64,000 nucleotides of DNA, from assembly GCA_950097015.1 (NCBI GenBank), contig CATNEN010000034.1, positions 6,324,001-6,388,000 on the forward strand. The letters run 5' to 3'. This DNA is from Macrostomum hystrix. Lineage: Eukaryota; Animalia; Platyhelminthes. Below the pieces are notes generated by a model. It ran no database searches. It was not told the origin of the DNA and was given only the letters and a program-made list of their open reading frames with translations. Positions 37,014 to 51,000 of this stretch are shown here, piece by piece. Both the position numbers and the translations under genes were made by a program. Position 1 is the first letter of the stretch. Every line of letters starts with the position of its first letter.

Positions 37014-38949
37014 CTTTGATTTGTAGACACTGTCATCTATATACTTTAAGCCCTAGCCCATGCTTGATTTTCAAAGCTTTTCTAGTCTTTGATTTTCTAT
37101 TCTCCTTTATGTTACTTATTTATTCCTTTTATTCCATTTTTACATCAGTGGGCAGCTTCAGATTTGGTGGGCAAACTGAATAAGCCAAATAAGTTAATTA
37201 GTTTTTGGCTTACACTAATATAATATAATATTTTAATGTTTGAGTGGTAGGCCTATCTTATTTTGTTATCTTTTAACAAAATAGAAACCAATGTTGTATC
37301 AGTGGAATAAATCCAACCCCCTGACTAAGCTCAAGTTTGATGCCACTTTGTAATCTTTTTACTGTTTTTACTTATCCTTTCTAAAATATTACCAAACAAT
37401 ATGTTTTTGTTTTAAAGAAATGCTGTGCTTAGGCCTACACAAAATTATCATATTAAAATGGTCACTTCCTAAGAGCTAAAAATGTGTACATAATTTTATG
37501 TTTAATCTTTTGTAAAGAAGAACATGTCAAAATAAAAACAAAAAATAAAACCATTTTACCCCTTCTCCCCTCTGCTTCTGTTCTCCACTCTTTGTGCCTT
37601 TTAGAATATTTTACATATATTTCATATTGCTTGTAAAGACAAGTAACATATTATCGATGACAAACTTTGTGGTTGTAACTCCATCATTGGCTGGTCCCAA
37701 GTCTAGAATGAAAAAGGAGGAAAAGACAGTCTCACAGTTTGGCCTCAGTTTTTCATATACTTGTGCACAGCAGCATCTGTATTAAGTCTTCAATGGTTGT
37801 TATTAGTGGATAATGAACTGACCAAGCTTTAGAGTATGCCAATTGGTTGGATGGCAGTGTCCTATCTTCAAAGTGGATGAGTGGGATGACAAAAGTGTAG
37901 GGTGACAATGTGTCTAAGATCCCTTCCCCAGCTGTGAATATAAATCCCCTACATATATACCCGTACGTGAATATATTGTTAAACATTGGTGTTAGCTGTT
38001 TACAAGTGTAACTCAGTGCTTGGCTTATGTTGGGGCCATTGGCTTGGAATGGAATGAGCTAGTGTTTTTTAATAATATTCATGATATTCATAATATTCAC
38101 ACATTTAATATAATATTCACAATAAATTTATACAACTCTTGATCAATCTGTCTGTTGAAACCATTCTGCTAGTGGACAATGACCTAGCACACATTGGGCT
38201 AGCTCAGTGACCAGTTAGATATTATGTATTGTTGTCATAATTAATATTATCATTTTGTCATGAAGAAAAGAGAATTAAATATCAGAACCAGTTATTTTGT
38301 GCATAAAAAATAGATGTATGACTTGAGAATGTGAGCTCTTCTCACATTCTATTAATTTGCATGCCAATTTGGCCCAACCTTAACTTTAGCCAATAATGGT
38401 TTCAAAAGTGAACACTGTTAACATAGAAAAAACGGAAACATGAAGATAGTAACCAGATAATTTGGATGTCAGTTTGCTACACTCTATATAGCAAAAAATA
38501 GAGAAAATTCCGGAGCAAAAACTAGATAAATAGAAATTTATAGAAGTCTTTATCCTTCTAGTATACTATTTGATTCCTTGTTTATGAAATTGCTGTTAAC
38601 ATACTTTGCTAAGATATGTGGCATAAAAAGTTTGATTAACACTTCATATTTTCTAACTCCCAGCTCTATATTTTTGGTGCCATTATAAAATGGAAAAGTA
38701 ATTTATTAAGAATAAATTTTATTAATAACAAACTGATTGCACAAACCAACTAAGATGTCTCTTAATTAGCTATTTCTAATGAGACTTCTTTTATCAACAG
38801 TTTAATCCCTATTCCTTTGAACGACTTTAGGTCAATGCCAATACTTGTGTATGAATATTTTAATAGAATTTTAATTTTACGAAAAACAAGTTTAAATATT
38901 AATAATTTTATCTTGCAGGTCATTAGGATTTTTAGAAGTTTAAAAAGGC

Positions 38950-39060
38950 GGTGTCTAAAGAGCTATATCTAAAGAGCTGTCTAAAAACCTATGTCTAAGG
39001 AGCTATATCTAAAGAGCTATGTCTAAAGAGACATATTTAAAGAGCTATACCTTAGAGCTA
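38950..39060. repeat. Short ~14-bp tandem repeat CTAAAGAGCTATAT upstream of mib1
   Basis: About 7 degenerate units. Confidence 0.8.
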
Positions 39061-39091
39061 TGTCTATACTTCCAGTCCAGCTGGGTTGCAA

Positions 39092-42000
39092 ATGGCTGAC
39101 GCTGTCTGCGGCAGCTCCAGCGACTTGCTTCTGTCTGCCCTCATGCAGCTGGGCGTTGGGAGCCGGGTTGTCCGCGGCCCAGACTGGAAATGGGTCAAAC
39201 AGGACGGCGGCGAAGGTAGCGTTGGCACTGTGCGCAATTTTCAAAGCTCCGAAGAGGTCGTTGTAGTCTGGGACAACGGCACGGCGGCTAATTATCGCTG
39301 CGCCGGCGCTTACGATTTGCGCGTCCTTGACAACGGACCGGCTGGCGTTGTGCACGAAGACTGCGCGAACGGCTGCGACGAATGCGGCGTGCGACCATTG
39401 TATGGCATCCGGTGGGCCTGCGCGGACTGTCGCGGCGTCTCCCTCTGCTCGGCCTGCTACCACGCCGACAAGCACTCTACTAGGCATCGATTCTTTCACT
39501 TCGTGCATCCCCTAGCCGAGCCAGTCTGGTGCGACTCGCGGCGACGCTCAAAAAAGTACACCTGCAGAGGCCTATTCGCCGGCGCCAGGGTTGTACGCGG
39601 TGCTGACTGGCAATGGGAGGATCAGGACGGAGGCAGTGGCAAGCGCGGCAAAGTCACGGAGGTGCAGGACTGGTGCCCGGATGCGCCCAGATCTGCCGCC
39701 TACGTGTTGTGGGATAGCGGCGTGAAGAACCTATACTAGGGTTGGCTACGAGGGCATGGTCGACCTGCGAGTGGTATCCGAGGCTAAAGGATTCGCTTAT
39801 TATCGCGATCACCTGCCGCTGTTAGGTAAGCTTATTTTACATAGCATGCAGTGGTACCTAAAAATCCATTATTTCTAGTAGACTTCCTCACATAACAGTA
39901 GCTAGATTCAAACAAGTTTATTTACTCTCTAAGCTCGAATAGCGAGCTAAACCATTAACACTTGAAAGACCAACTTGGGTATTTCAAATACCCACTGCCT
40001 ATTTCACAATAGCTCCCAAACCGAATGACCGATTTTTCGTAAAAGTCTACCATCTGAATCAATATTTTCCACACCTTTATGATAGACTATAACTTTCAAA
40101 GCCGTACGAGCCAGCATCGTGGTCAGCGAAATTTAGTCAAAGACCCTGGTGACAATGACAATCAACATACGTAGGTTGTCCCAAAAATAGTGGGAAAACT
40201 CGATGCACAGACTTACTGGTAAAACATAATTTCTTGAAACTCACATCACTGATAAATAAACATTCGAAAGTTCTAAAGCTTTTTAAATCAAGTAAAAAAG
40301 TCAGTTCATCTAAAAGTTATGGCTAAAGTTAGAACAATGGGTAAGTGGTAGAGTTACACCAAGTCAAAGCCAGCAGCAAAATTGGTCACGCAGCATCGAC
40401 GAAGTCGCCCCTCAGCTCGCAGCACTTAGTCCATCGGTGAAAAGCGCATTGCTATAATTTGCCAAAGCCCGACGCGGAATTTCGTGCAGCAGAACCTGCC
40501 TGTCAACAAACGGGGCAGGCCCATCCCACTGTCCGTTTCAACATGCCAAGATCCACAGACAAGATCCGATGAATTGAGGTTTTCGGACTCCCCAGTCGAT
40601 CCGCCAACTCTCTTGCAGTCAGACGGGAATTTTCCTGTATGATTACCTCACCCTTTGAATCTGTGTGATTGTTGATGGAGAGATCGGACGGCCTCGGTTG
40701 GCTGTGTCATCAGCAACTTCTGTTCGTCCATGACTGAACTCTGCAAGCCAGCGATAGACAGCACTCTTCGAGATGGCACTCTACGTGGATTTCAGTCAGC
40801 TGGATTACGATTTCATTACCTCAATTTCCACTGTGAGTACACGAACTGGCGTTGATCTTTTTGGACGAAACGCTAAACATTGAACGATCGCACAAGGGAA
40901 AAGGAAAAACTCTAAACTCGACAGCGGCATCTTGTCGAGGCGTTACACAATGTCGATATCCGCGATGTGCTTGCTGCCTTTGGTGCCACGGATATCTCTT
41001 GCGTCAGCTTGTGCTTCTTTTGATTCTGGTGCTCACGCTTCACTGTTTGTCTGTTGCTTTTTTCTGATTCTGTTTTCTGATGCTTCTGCTCATTTTCTTC
41101 TGTCGCAAAATTTTCGTCTAAGGAAAAGCTTGGGTTGGGCCTTGACTTGGTGTAACTCTACCCCTTGTCCTAAGTTTTAGCCATAACTTTTAAATGAATT
41201 GACTTTTTAATTGATTCAAAAAGCATTTAAACTGTTGAATGTTTATTTATCAGTGACGTGAGTTTCAATAAATTTTGTTTTACTACTTAGGTAAACCAAC
41301 CTAAACAGGTGTGTGTATAAATAAACAATATATTATATATAATCAATGCAATATAGTCAAAAGTGATAGCCGACATGATTACGAGATAAAATATTGTGAG
41401 CAGAAAATTTTTGCCACCCGACGAGAATCATTGAATACCTCGCCCCCATGGTCTTTGTACTGTTAATGGTACAGTGAGTGTATGTTGTATATTGTCTGGC
41501 GATGAGACGGTCAGCGCAGATGTGCACGCCTGCTAATCGATGCGTCGGTGTCCACAGGCCCTAAAAATAAGATTATTATTGTCACCTAGGCGAGACAACT
41601 CGGCCAGTTGGCTCGGACAGTTCGGCAGCTTCGTCAACATCAGCCAGTATGGAGCTTGGCGGCGCCACCAGTCCATTCAGCAGCCGTTGATCTTTGCGCC
41701 TATCAGTCAGGCGACAGGGTGCGAGTAGCCGTGTCAACGGACACTCTGCAGCGCTTGCAGCGCACCCACGGCGGCTGGTCGCCGGCCATGTCTGAATGCG
41801 TCGACACTGTCGGATCCGTTGTCGGCTTAGACGAAGATGGCGACGTTGTTGTCTGTTATCCAAGCGGCAACCGATGGACACTGAATCCGGCTGCTCTGTG
41901 TCTCATACCGGACGCTTCAGCATCGGCGCGTAGACTTCGCGCAGCTGTCTGCTCTTCGGCTGGCGCTGCTTCTGGCGGCGCTCCCTACGCAGCCGCTGCG

Positions 42001-45000
42001 CTGCTGCCAGTGACGCCGAATTTGCCGCAGTCATTGGCTGGTGCCTCTGGCCAGCACTATCAGCCGCTGCCTGGCGACCTAGTTCGCGTGCTATCGTCGC
42101 CTGCCGATCAGCATCACCAGCAGCTGCTGGCCAGCGGTCGAGGTCGCGTCGGTCGGGTGGTTCGCGTTCGATCTGACGGAGACGTTCAGGTATTTAAAAT
42201 AAGGCTAACTCTCTCACACACTGAAGCATTGGGATGGAGCTAACTCTCTCACACACTGAAGCATTGGGATGGAGCTAACTCTCTCACACACTGAAGCATT
42301 GGGATGGAGCTAACTCTCTCACACACTGAAGCATTGGGATGGAGCTAACTCTCTCACACACTGAAGCATTGGGATGGAGCTAACTCTCTCACTCACTGAA
42401 GCATTGGGATGGAGCTAACTCTCTCACACACTGAAGCATTGGGATGGAGCTAACTCTCTCACACACTGAAGCATTGGGATGGAGCTAACTCTCTCTCACA
42501 CACTGAAGCATTGGGATGGAGCTAACTCTCTCTCACACTGAAGCATTGGGATGGAGCTAACTCTCTCACACACTGAAGCATTGGGATGGAGCTAACTCTC
42601 TCACACACTGAAGCATTGGGATGGAGCTAACTCTCTCACTCACTGAAGCATTGGGATGGAGCTAACTCTCTTACACACTGAAGCATTGGGATGGAGCTAA
42701 CTCTCTCACACACTGAAGCATTGGGATGGAGCTAACTCTCTCTCACACACTGAAGCATTGGGATGGAGCTAACTCTCTCTCACACTGAAGCATTGGGATG
42801 GAGCTAACTCTCTCACACACTGAAGCATTGGGATGGAGCTAACTCTCTCACTCACTGAAGCATTGGGATGGAGCTAACTCCCTCAGCCACTGAAGCATTG
42901 GGATGGAGCTAACTCCCTCAGCCACTGAAGCATTGGGATGGAGCTAACTCCCTCAGCCACTGAAGCATTGGGATGGAGCTAACTCCCTCAGCCACTGAAG
43001 CATTGGGATGGAGCTAACTCTCTCACACACTGAAGCATTGGGGATGAAGCTTGCCTTCGCGGTAAATATTTAGATGAGAAAGGCTAATTTAAGTATAATT
43101 TATTCGCACTGCGCGCTCTTACAGGTTGACGTCTGTGGCAGCCTGCTAACCCTGAGTCCTAGTTGCCTGGCGCCCTGCCCGCCCGAATCTGGCGGCGTGA
43201 ATTTCAACCCTGCTGGGTCTTCGCATTCAACAGGCGCCTCGGCTGTCGGTGGGGCCGCCTCGTCTGCTAATGCGCCAGATTCACCGCAGTCGGGCGAGCG
43301 CCTGTCAAGCCTGTTGAAGAAGCTGTTTCAAGAGCACGTTGGCGGCTGCGGCAGCGGTGTCAGCGGCTCCGCTACCGCCACCGGCCCGGACGGTGCCAGT
43401 ATTGTCGATCCCAGCGAGGAGCTAGTGAAAGCCGCCGCTAACGGAGATCTGACTAAGCTTCAAGACCTGCTGGGTGCTGTCGGAGTCGGCGGGACGGGCG
43501 GCGGTTCAGCGCCTACCTCGGCCTCGTCCTCGCCGCAGCGGCAGCAGCAGCGGTCGCCGTCAGCTGATCCTAACTCTGTCTATGCTGGCCACACTGCCTT
43601 GCAGGCAGCTTCGCAGAATGGCCATCTGGAGGCTGCCAGGCTACTGATCGATAGTGGAGCGAATTTGCAGGTAAAAGTTCTTCATTTGTTTCACTTGTCC
43701 TTTTTAAATAATATTTTTTAACTGACATGTTGGTAATACTTTACTTACGAAAGTAGAGTAAATCGTGTCTTTGCATTTTTCTCCCAAATATTAATTTTTT
43801 GGCTGACGATCTGGATTTGCAGTCCAGCATAACTTCTCTTCTTATTCAAGTTTTGACTGTTGTCAATCTCGCTCCATCAGTTGTTAATCCTCTTCCGTCA
43901 GTTATTAATTCTACTTCAACGGTTGTTGCTCCCACTCCGTCGGTTGCTAATCCTACACCTTCGATTGCTAATCCTACACCTTCGATTGCTAGTCCTACTC
44001 CGTCGATTGCTAATCCTACACCGTCGATTGCTAATCCTACACCTTCGATTGCTAATCCTACACCTTCGATTGCTAGTCCTACTCCGTCGATTGCTAATCC
44101 TACACCTTCGATTGCTAATCCTACACCTTCGATTGCTAGTCCTACTCCGTCGATTGCTAATCCTACTCCGTCGATTGCTAATCCTACTCCGTCGATTGCT
44201 AATCCTACTCCGTCGATTGCTAATCCTACACCTTCGATTGCTAATCCTACACCTTCGATTGCTAATCCTACTCCGTCGATTGCTAATCCTACTCCGTCGA
44301 TTGCTAATCCTACTCCGTCGATTGCTAATCCTACTCCGTCGATTGCTAATCCTACTCCGTCGATTGCTAATCCTACACCTTCGATTGCTAATCCTACTCC
44401 GTCGATTGCTAATCCTACACCTTCGATTGCTAATCCAACTCCGTCGATTGCTAACCCTACACCGTCGATTGCTGATCCTACACCGTCGGTTGTTAATCCT
44501 ACACCATCTGTTGCTAATCCTACACCGTCGGTTGTTAATCCTACACCATCTGCTGCTAATCCTACACCATCTGCTGCTAATCCTACACCGTCGGTTGTTA
44601 ATCCTTCACCATCTGTTAATAATCCTACAACGTCGGTTGTTATCCTACACTATCGGTTGTAGCTCCAAGCACGCTAAAGTTTAAAAAACTCCGTCACCCT
44701 CCGTGCCACCCCAATCCAGGCAGAGGATCGCGATGGCGATCAGGCAGTTCACCACGCCGCCTTCGGCGATCAGGCCGACTTGGTTCGCCTATTACATCGT
44801 CGCGGAGCCGACATAAACGCCAGAAATCGGCGCCGACAGACGCCATTACACATCGCCGTCAACAAGGGCCACGCCGGTGTTGTGTTGGCTCTGCTCTCCT
44901 GCGGCGCCCTACCCAGCCTGCAGGACGCGGACGGCGATACGCCTTTGCACGACGCCGTCTCAAAGCGACGCGAAGATGTACTGGCACTGCTGCTTGAGCA

Positions 45001-48000
45001 CGGAGCCGATCTGAGCGTCTGCAACAATGACGGCTTTAATGTGCTGCATCACACTGCTCTGCGCGGAAATCCAGCGTATGTGTCTCGTACATGTTATGTA
45101 TACTTGCTTACAACCGATGACCGATATGTTACGAAAAAACGGTATCTGAAGCGTGTGCGTGTGCGTATGTAAGCTTAACCAGTGTTGATAATAAGGGTTG
45201 TAGGCAATGGCACATCATTCGGTAACACTAGACCCGCAGCCAGCGAGGAGACAATTCTGTCCATTCCGCTGACTTATGAGCACGCGCGCACACAGATACT
45301 GTAGGCATTCACACTCATAGGTGTGTACATGTAGCCCTGACTTTCTTATCGTCAGTCAGTGTACACTCACTGTGCCTTGGAGGTTGCCCTCAGAGGCATA
45401 TATTACACTACAAGCCCCCAAGCGTACGGAATCGAGCTCAGAAACATTGGTACGAGAGGCGAACGTGTCAGACCGATCTGCCACTCACCCCCGCGTAACC
45501 AGCGTTAGTAGTAACATAAAGGGAAGCCGATATGTATAGAAAAAATATTAAACTGCTAATTGAAAATGTCAATATAGTCAGAATACTAATAAAAGGGTGT
45601 CCGTTTATAATTAGGATCCAATCAGTTTGCAGATACTAAGCCTTTTTATGCAGCTTAAAATATGTAATTTTGACATTCTAATACTAAGTAGTAGCCCAAT
45701 ATGTAAAGAGAAATGTGACTCTTGAAGCACACAGATATTAATATGCACAAGCTTAAACTCTTGTGGCGCATCCGCTGGTTGAATTGGCCCATTTATGATG
45801 CCGCCTTTGCACCCAACAAACTCTGCGCACTCGTTGGTGTGATGTCAGATTTTATGAAGCCTACTTCATTCGGTTCACTGGCTGCTTAACAGCGCCACAC
45901 ACTTCAGCTCCCTCAGTGGCGGTTTGCTAGTGTACTAAGCCCATAAATAGCAGTGCTGCGCTAAGACTATATGTCATTTTCCACTGCCTAGTGTTCTTAG
46001 AACATCCTAGCAACAGATAGCTCGATCGATCTTGGGGCCGGGCTGTTCCTATGCTGCTGCCTCGGCAACTTTAGTTGCTAGGAGGACGGGGGGGTTAGAA
46101 ACTGACTTACTAAGCAAGGTTTTACGAGTGTATTCTGCAACTGCTTCCATTTTTGTGTAGTGCTGCGGATTCTGCCTCGATTCTAGCGGACCCTAAAATA
46201 AATTTTAATCCCCTCTTATCGCCACCAACGCAGCCAGGCTTTGACCCAGGAGAGACTGGCGTTGCCATGGTTACAATGTTCGTTCGTTCCGATTCCGATT
46301 TACTAAAATTGCCAATGTTGCTTAATGCTTAGGAAATTCTGCCCTGCTCTTATAGAGCTGTTTTCTTTAGATTGATTACATCATCCACTATTTCCCTTGG
46401 GATCTAGTCATCTATGACGTAATCAGCTTAAATTGAAAAAATTCATACTGCAGGAAATACAAAGTAATAATTGATGTCTTCGTTGTATGCATTCACCAAT
46501 ATTATAATAGTAAGGATTCTTACTGTAACACCATTATATGAGGTTGTAGCTTATGACGCTTTTGTCCAAGACCCTGGCGATAAGGACAACTAACATTGCT
46601 TTTCATAGCAATCCGAATAGGTTAAAATAAATAACACTATATTCGATTCAATATAATCAACAATAATAGCAACGGACCCCGACGAAAATCGTTGAATATC
46701 TCGACGATGCCAATATTTAGTGATTCTAAAGGTTCTTTCATCGGATAGAGCGAAAAATTTTAGCCCGAGTTCAGGATTTTCATGGCGATTGGAGGAATAT
46801 TTTAGAAAGATATAAAAACACAATAATGTGGGTCTTTCTACGCATCTTTCTACACGAGGCACAGACTTGTATCTTCCATCTATCTACTGACGCGATCGAT
46901 AATCGGCCCTCTTAAAATATATCGACTTTAAAACGAATGATTCATCAGATAGTCTGCCAGCTTTTTTCACCCCATCTCGAACTATGCAGATATGCAGCAA
47001 TCCTACACCTAATTGTTAGTTTTGCAGATTGTGATATTATCCCGGCCATCAGTGTGCCCTGCCCTCCATTCTCTCCTTCCTCTGATAAGGGAATGTTCTG
47101 TTAAAGCGGTGCTGTTTTTTGGCTATCTTGTTTGGTCTGCTTTTTCTCGTCCCATTTCTCCCATATAGACTGCGCATGAAATGGAACAGGCCTCCCATTG
47201 ATTCGTTCGTTGGGAAAGTTTGGCCTTCAAGTCGAAACTCGAAATCCCACTCGCTGTCTGCCGCCAAGTCACCCTCTCTGCCCTCCCACCAGCCAGCCTC
47301 TATCTTTTCATCCCCTGCCCTGCATTCCAGTTTATACATCAGGCGAATTGTGTGCGCGCAGAATTGTGAAGGAGGATGAGGTAGGTGAAACCGCCAGACC
47401 GTCCCTCTGGGGAGGCAGGATTGGGAATTAGAAGAGGCCTAGGCTGAATTCGAGAATGTTTAATGAACGAATGCGGCGAACTGAAGTGATGGCGGAGCGG
47501 GCTAGGCTAGGGATTCTGATGAAACCGGTTCGTTCGACTTGTTCAGCTCGGGGATCGCAGCAAAAATTGGGACACAGTTGCAGATCTAGCCCCCACACAC
47601 ACATACGCGCAATGCCCGTTCATTCCCTTTTCCCGCAGCAAATTTTCTCTCTCCTACATCCCTTCTCTTCTAGCAGCAGGCTTCGAGTGGGCCAGTTCCC
47701 TCGTATCGATCTGCTGCTCCCCTCTCCGCCTTCTTCCCCCCTTCAGAATCTCTCTTCGAATGTGTCTCCTATATTTTTGCCCGGTGCTTCACCTTTTCAG
47801 CTCTATCCCCACGTGATCCCAGACTCTCTTATCCCAAGTAGTTCTCCAATTCGTACTCCGGTTAAAGGGGTGGATCAGGCTGCAGTCTTGAGACTGACTG
47901 TTCTGTCGATATTTTTTCTCTCTGTCTCTGCCTCTCTTCGTCCTTTGTGTGACCCGCATTTCTCATTGGAATTTTGTGCTGGAGCAAATATGTAATTCAA

Positions 48001-51000
48001 AGCCTTATGAAAACTGTTCTGCAATAGAAGGGGCCAGTTGATTTTAGTTACACAAAGAACATACTTCTTTACATTCCATGGCTTTCATTTGGATCCCAGA
48101 GATTAGTCTGTCAAAGTTAGAGAATGGCCAAATGAAGCGACTCCGTGTTATATAAAACTAAATTTGGCCTTTTCTCAAACTTCGATTGAAACTAATCAAG
48201 CTGAGATCCTTTGTCTGCTAAAGCGCATATAGTGCCGCATGTTTATGCAAAGAAGCATGGTCCCGTGGTAACGATTCGACAATAAGTCTGTATTCTGTTC
48301 TTGTCTTAGTCTGCCTGTTGCGTAGAGTTTAGCGGAATTAAAGCAACGGAGCTTCAACCAACGACTTCGTAGCTTGCGGAAGCGAAGCCCTCTCGGCTCC
48401 TGCTTATATATACGTGCAGTTGGGTGGTTGCAGGAGGATGGAGGATGAGGTTTGGGGTGGTTCTTCGCTAGTTTGCCGAATGCTGAACTATTGGAAATCG
48501 GCGGGCCGGTAATGGTCGTCTATACCAGAGGAGGAGTGTGCGGTCAGAGGTGGATTTTCGATTTCAAGTTCTGTGCGCGAAGGAATCATTAGTCGCAGAT
48601 TGGACAGGCTTGGATAGGTTAGGATAAAGGTTAGCTGGTCAGAAAATGGACCCACGCGAAAGGCCAAATTGCCCATTCACCTGGGTGGAAAGGGTGAGGG
48701 TTACAGGCATTTTGTTCGCAGCGTTCGTGGAATCCCTATTATGGCAGATGAGGAAAATGGTGAAGATGTCTGCTGCCTGCTGAGTCAGCGTGTGTGGCGC
48801 ACCGGGCGCAATAGACAAAGATGGCCTGGGGGCGCCATCTTTTAGTTGCATTTTTTGTTGCAAAAATAGCAATCGGAATAAAGCTTGATGCAACATTACT
48901 CTGGCCTCCTAATGCTCGCTCTGTCTCAACTTACCAGTTTTTCCTAGTTGGGATTTGGTCAATTTTCTTCTTAACTCGAAAAACTGATTGCAATATAGGA
49001 TCAGATGTCCGCAGACTGAGTATGAGGGTGTGGTTGCAATATAGGAGCAGATGTCCGCAGACTGGGTATGAGGGTCTGGTTGCAATATAGGATCAGATGT
49101 CCGCAGGCTGGGTATGAGGGTGTGGTTGCAATATAGGATCAGATGTCCGCAGGCTGGGTATGTGGGTGTGGTTGCAATATAGGATCAGATGTCCGCAGAC
49201 TGGGTATGAGGGTGTGGTTGCAATATAGGATCAGATGTCCGCAGACTGGGTATGAGGGTATGGTTGCAATATAGGAGCAGATGTCCGCAGACTGGGTATG
49301 AGGGTATGGTTGCAATATAGGAGCAGATGTCCGCAGACTGGGTATGTGGGTGTGGTTGCAATATAGGATCAGATGTCCGCAGACTGGGTATGAGGGTGCC
49401 TCAGTGCTCTAACTCGCTAGCTGGGTTCGCACAGACTAAATATTATAATCTGATAGAGTAGGGAAGGAGGGTGGTAAGTCAGCATATTCTCTCCCTCTCC
49501 ATTTTATCCCCATTGGAGCAGAGGGCCTCTCTTTGATCTGCTCAGCACCCGCTAGCTCGCATTAGTTTTTGTTCTTACTTTTTTATCCCAAACCTGATCC
49601 CTTTCATTCCCATCTGCAGAGCGATGAAGATTTTGTTAACCAAGCTTCAACGCCAGTGGCTAGTTGACGAACGTAAAGACGACGGCTATACAGCTTTACA
49701 CCTGGCCGCCCTCAATAATCACTTTGAGGTGTGCGAACTGCTCATTCAGATTGGTCGGGCTAATCTGGACACGCAGAATGTTAATATGCAGGTGAGTCGT
49801 TTCCTAGAAATACACATTGTTATATTTGCATATTTAAAATAAAAGCATTTATTTGTTACATCGTCCTTTTGTCTCTATATATTAATCTCACTCTTAAAGC
49901 TTTGTAATCCCCATCGAAGAATCTCCCTCTCGAAGCTTTGTAAATTGTAATCCCCATCGAAGAATCTCCCTCTCGAAGCTTTGTAATCCCCATCGAAGAA
50001 TCTCCCTCTCGAAGCTTTGTAATCCCCATCGAGGAATCTCCCTCTCGAAGCTTTGTAATCCCCATCGAAGAATCTCCCTCTCGAAGCTTTGTAATCCCCA
50101 TCGAGGAATCTCCCTCTCGAAGCTTTGTAATCCCCATCGAAGAATCTCCCTCTCGAAGCTTTGTAATCCCCATCGAGGAATCTCCCTCTCGAAGCTTTGT
50201 AATCCCCATCGAGGAATCTCCCTCTCGAAGCTTTGTAATCCCATCGAAGAATCTCCCTCTCGAAGCTTTGTAATCCCCATCGAAGAATCTCCCTCTCGAA
50301 GCTTTGTAATCCCCATCGAGGAATCTACCTCTCGAAGCTTTGTAATCCCCATCGAAGAATCTCCCTCTCGAAGCTTTGTAATCCCCATCGAAGAATCTCC
50401 CTCTCGAAGCTTTGTAATCCCATCGAGGAATCTCCCTCTCGAAGCTTTGTAATCCCCATCGAGGAATCTCCCTCTCGAAGCTTTGTAATCCCCATCGAAG
50501 AATCTCCCTCTCGAAGCTTTGTAATCCCCATCGAGGAATCCCCCTCTCGAAGCTTTGTAATCCCCATCGAAGAATCTCCCTCTCGAAGCTTTGTAATCCC
50601 CATCGAAGAATCTCCCTCTCGAAGCTTTGTAATCCCCATCGAGGAATCCCCTGTTAATATGTTATCCCCAGGTAATCCCTTTTTTATGTCTCTTAGAGAA
50701 TTCCTCATGAAACTCCATTGTTCAAATTCCCCTTTCATTTCAAACCCTTACTTTCTTCACCGTCAAATGATCTTAAATTAAAATTTGATATTAAATTTCC
50801 CGAATTCCCACATATTTCCAGACTCCGCTTCATCTGGCCGTGGAGCGCCAGCACGCCCAAATTGTTCGCCTGCTAGTGCGCGAGGGCGCCAGCGTCAGCG
50901 TGCGCGACAAAGACGGCGACTCGCCCCTGCACGAAGCTCTTCGGCATCACACCCTGTCCCAGCTGCGCCAGCTGCAGGACATGCAGGACGTCAGCAAACT

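Noticed and set aside
37753-37986. Minus-strand open frame GEGILDTLSPYTF... as a possible upstream exon of the CNPase-like gene
   Set aside because: No recognisable domain or P-loop, and no supported splice path to 34920.
43799-44684. NPTPSIA x30 mucin/antifreeze-like ORF
   Set aside because: Lies wholly in mib1 intron 3; the flanking exons join in frame without it and no strong donor closes it.
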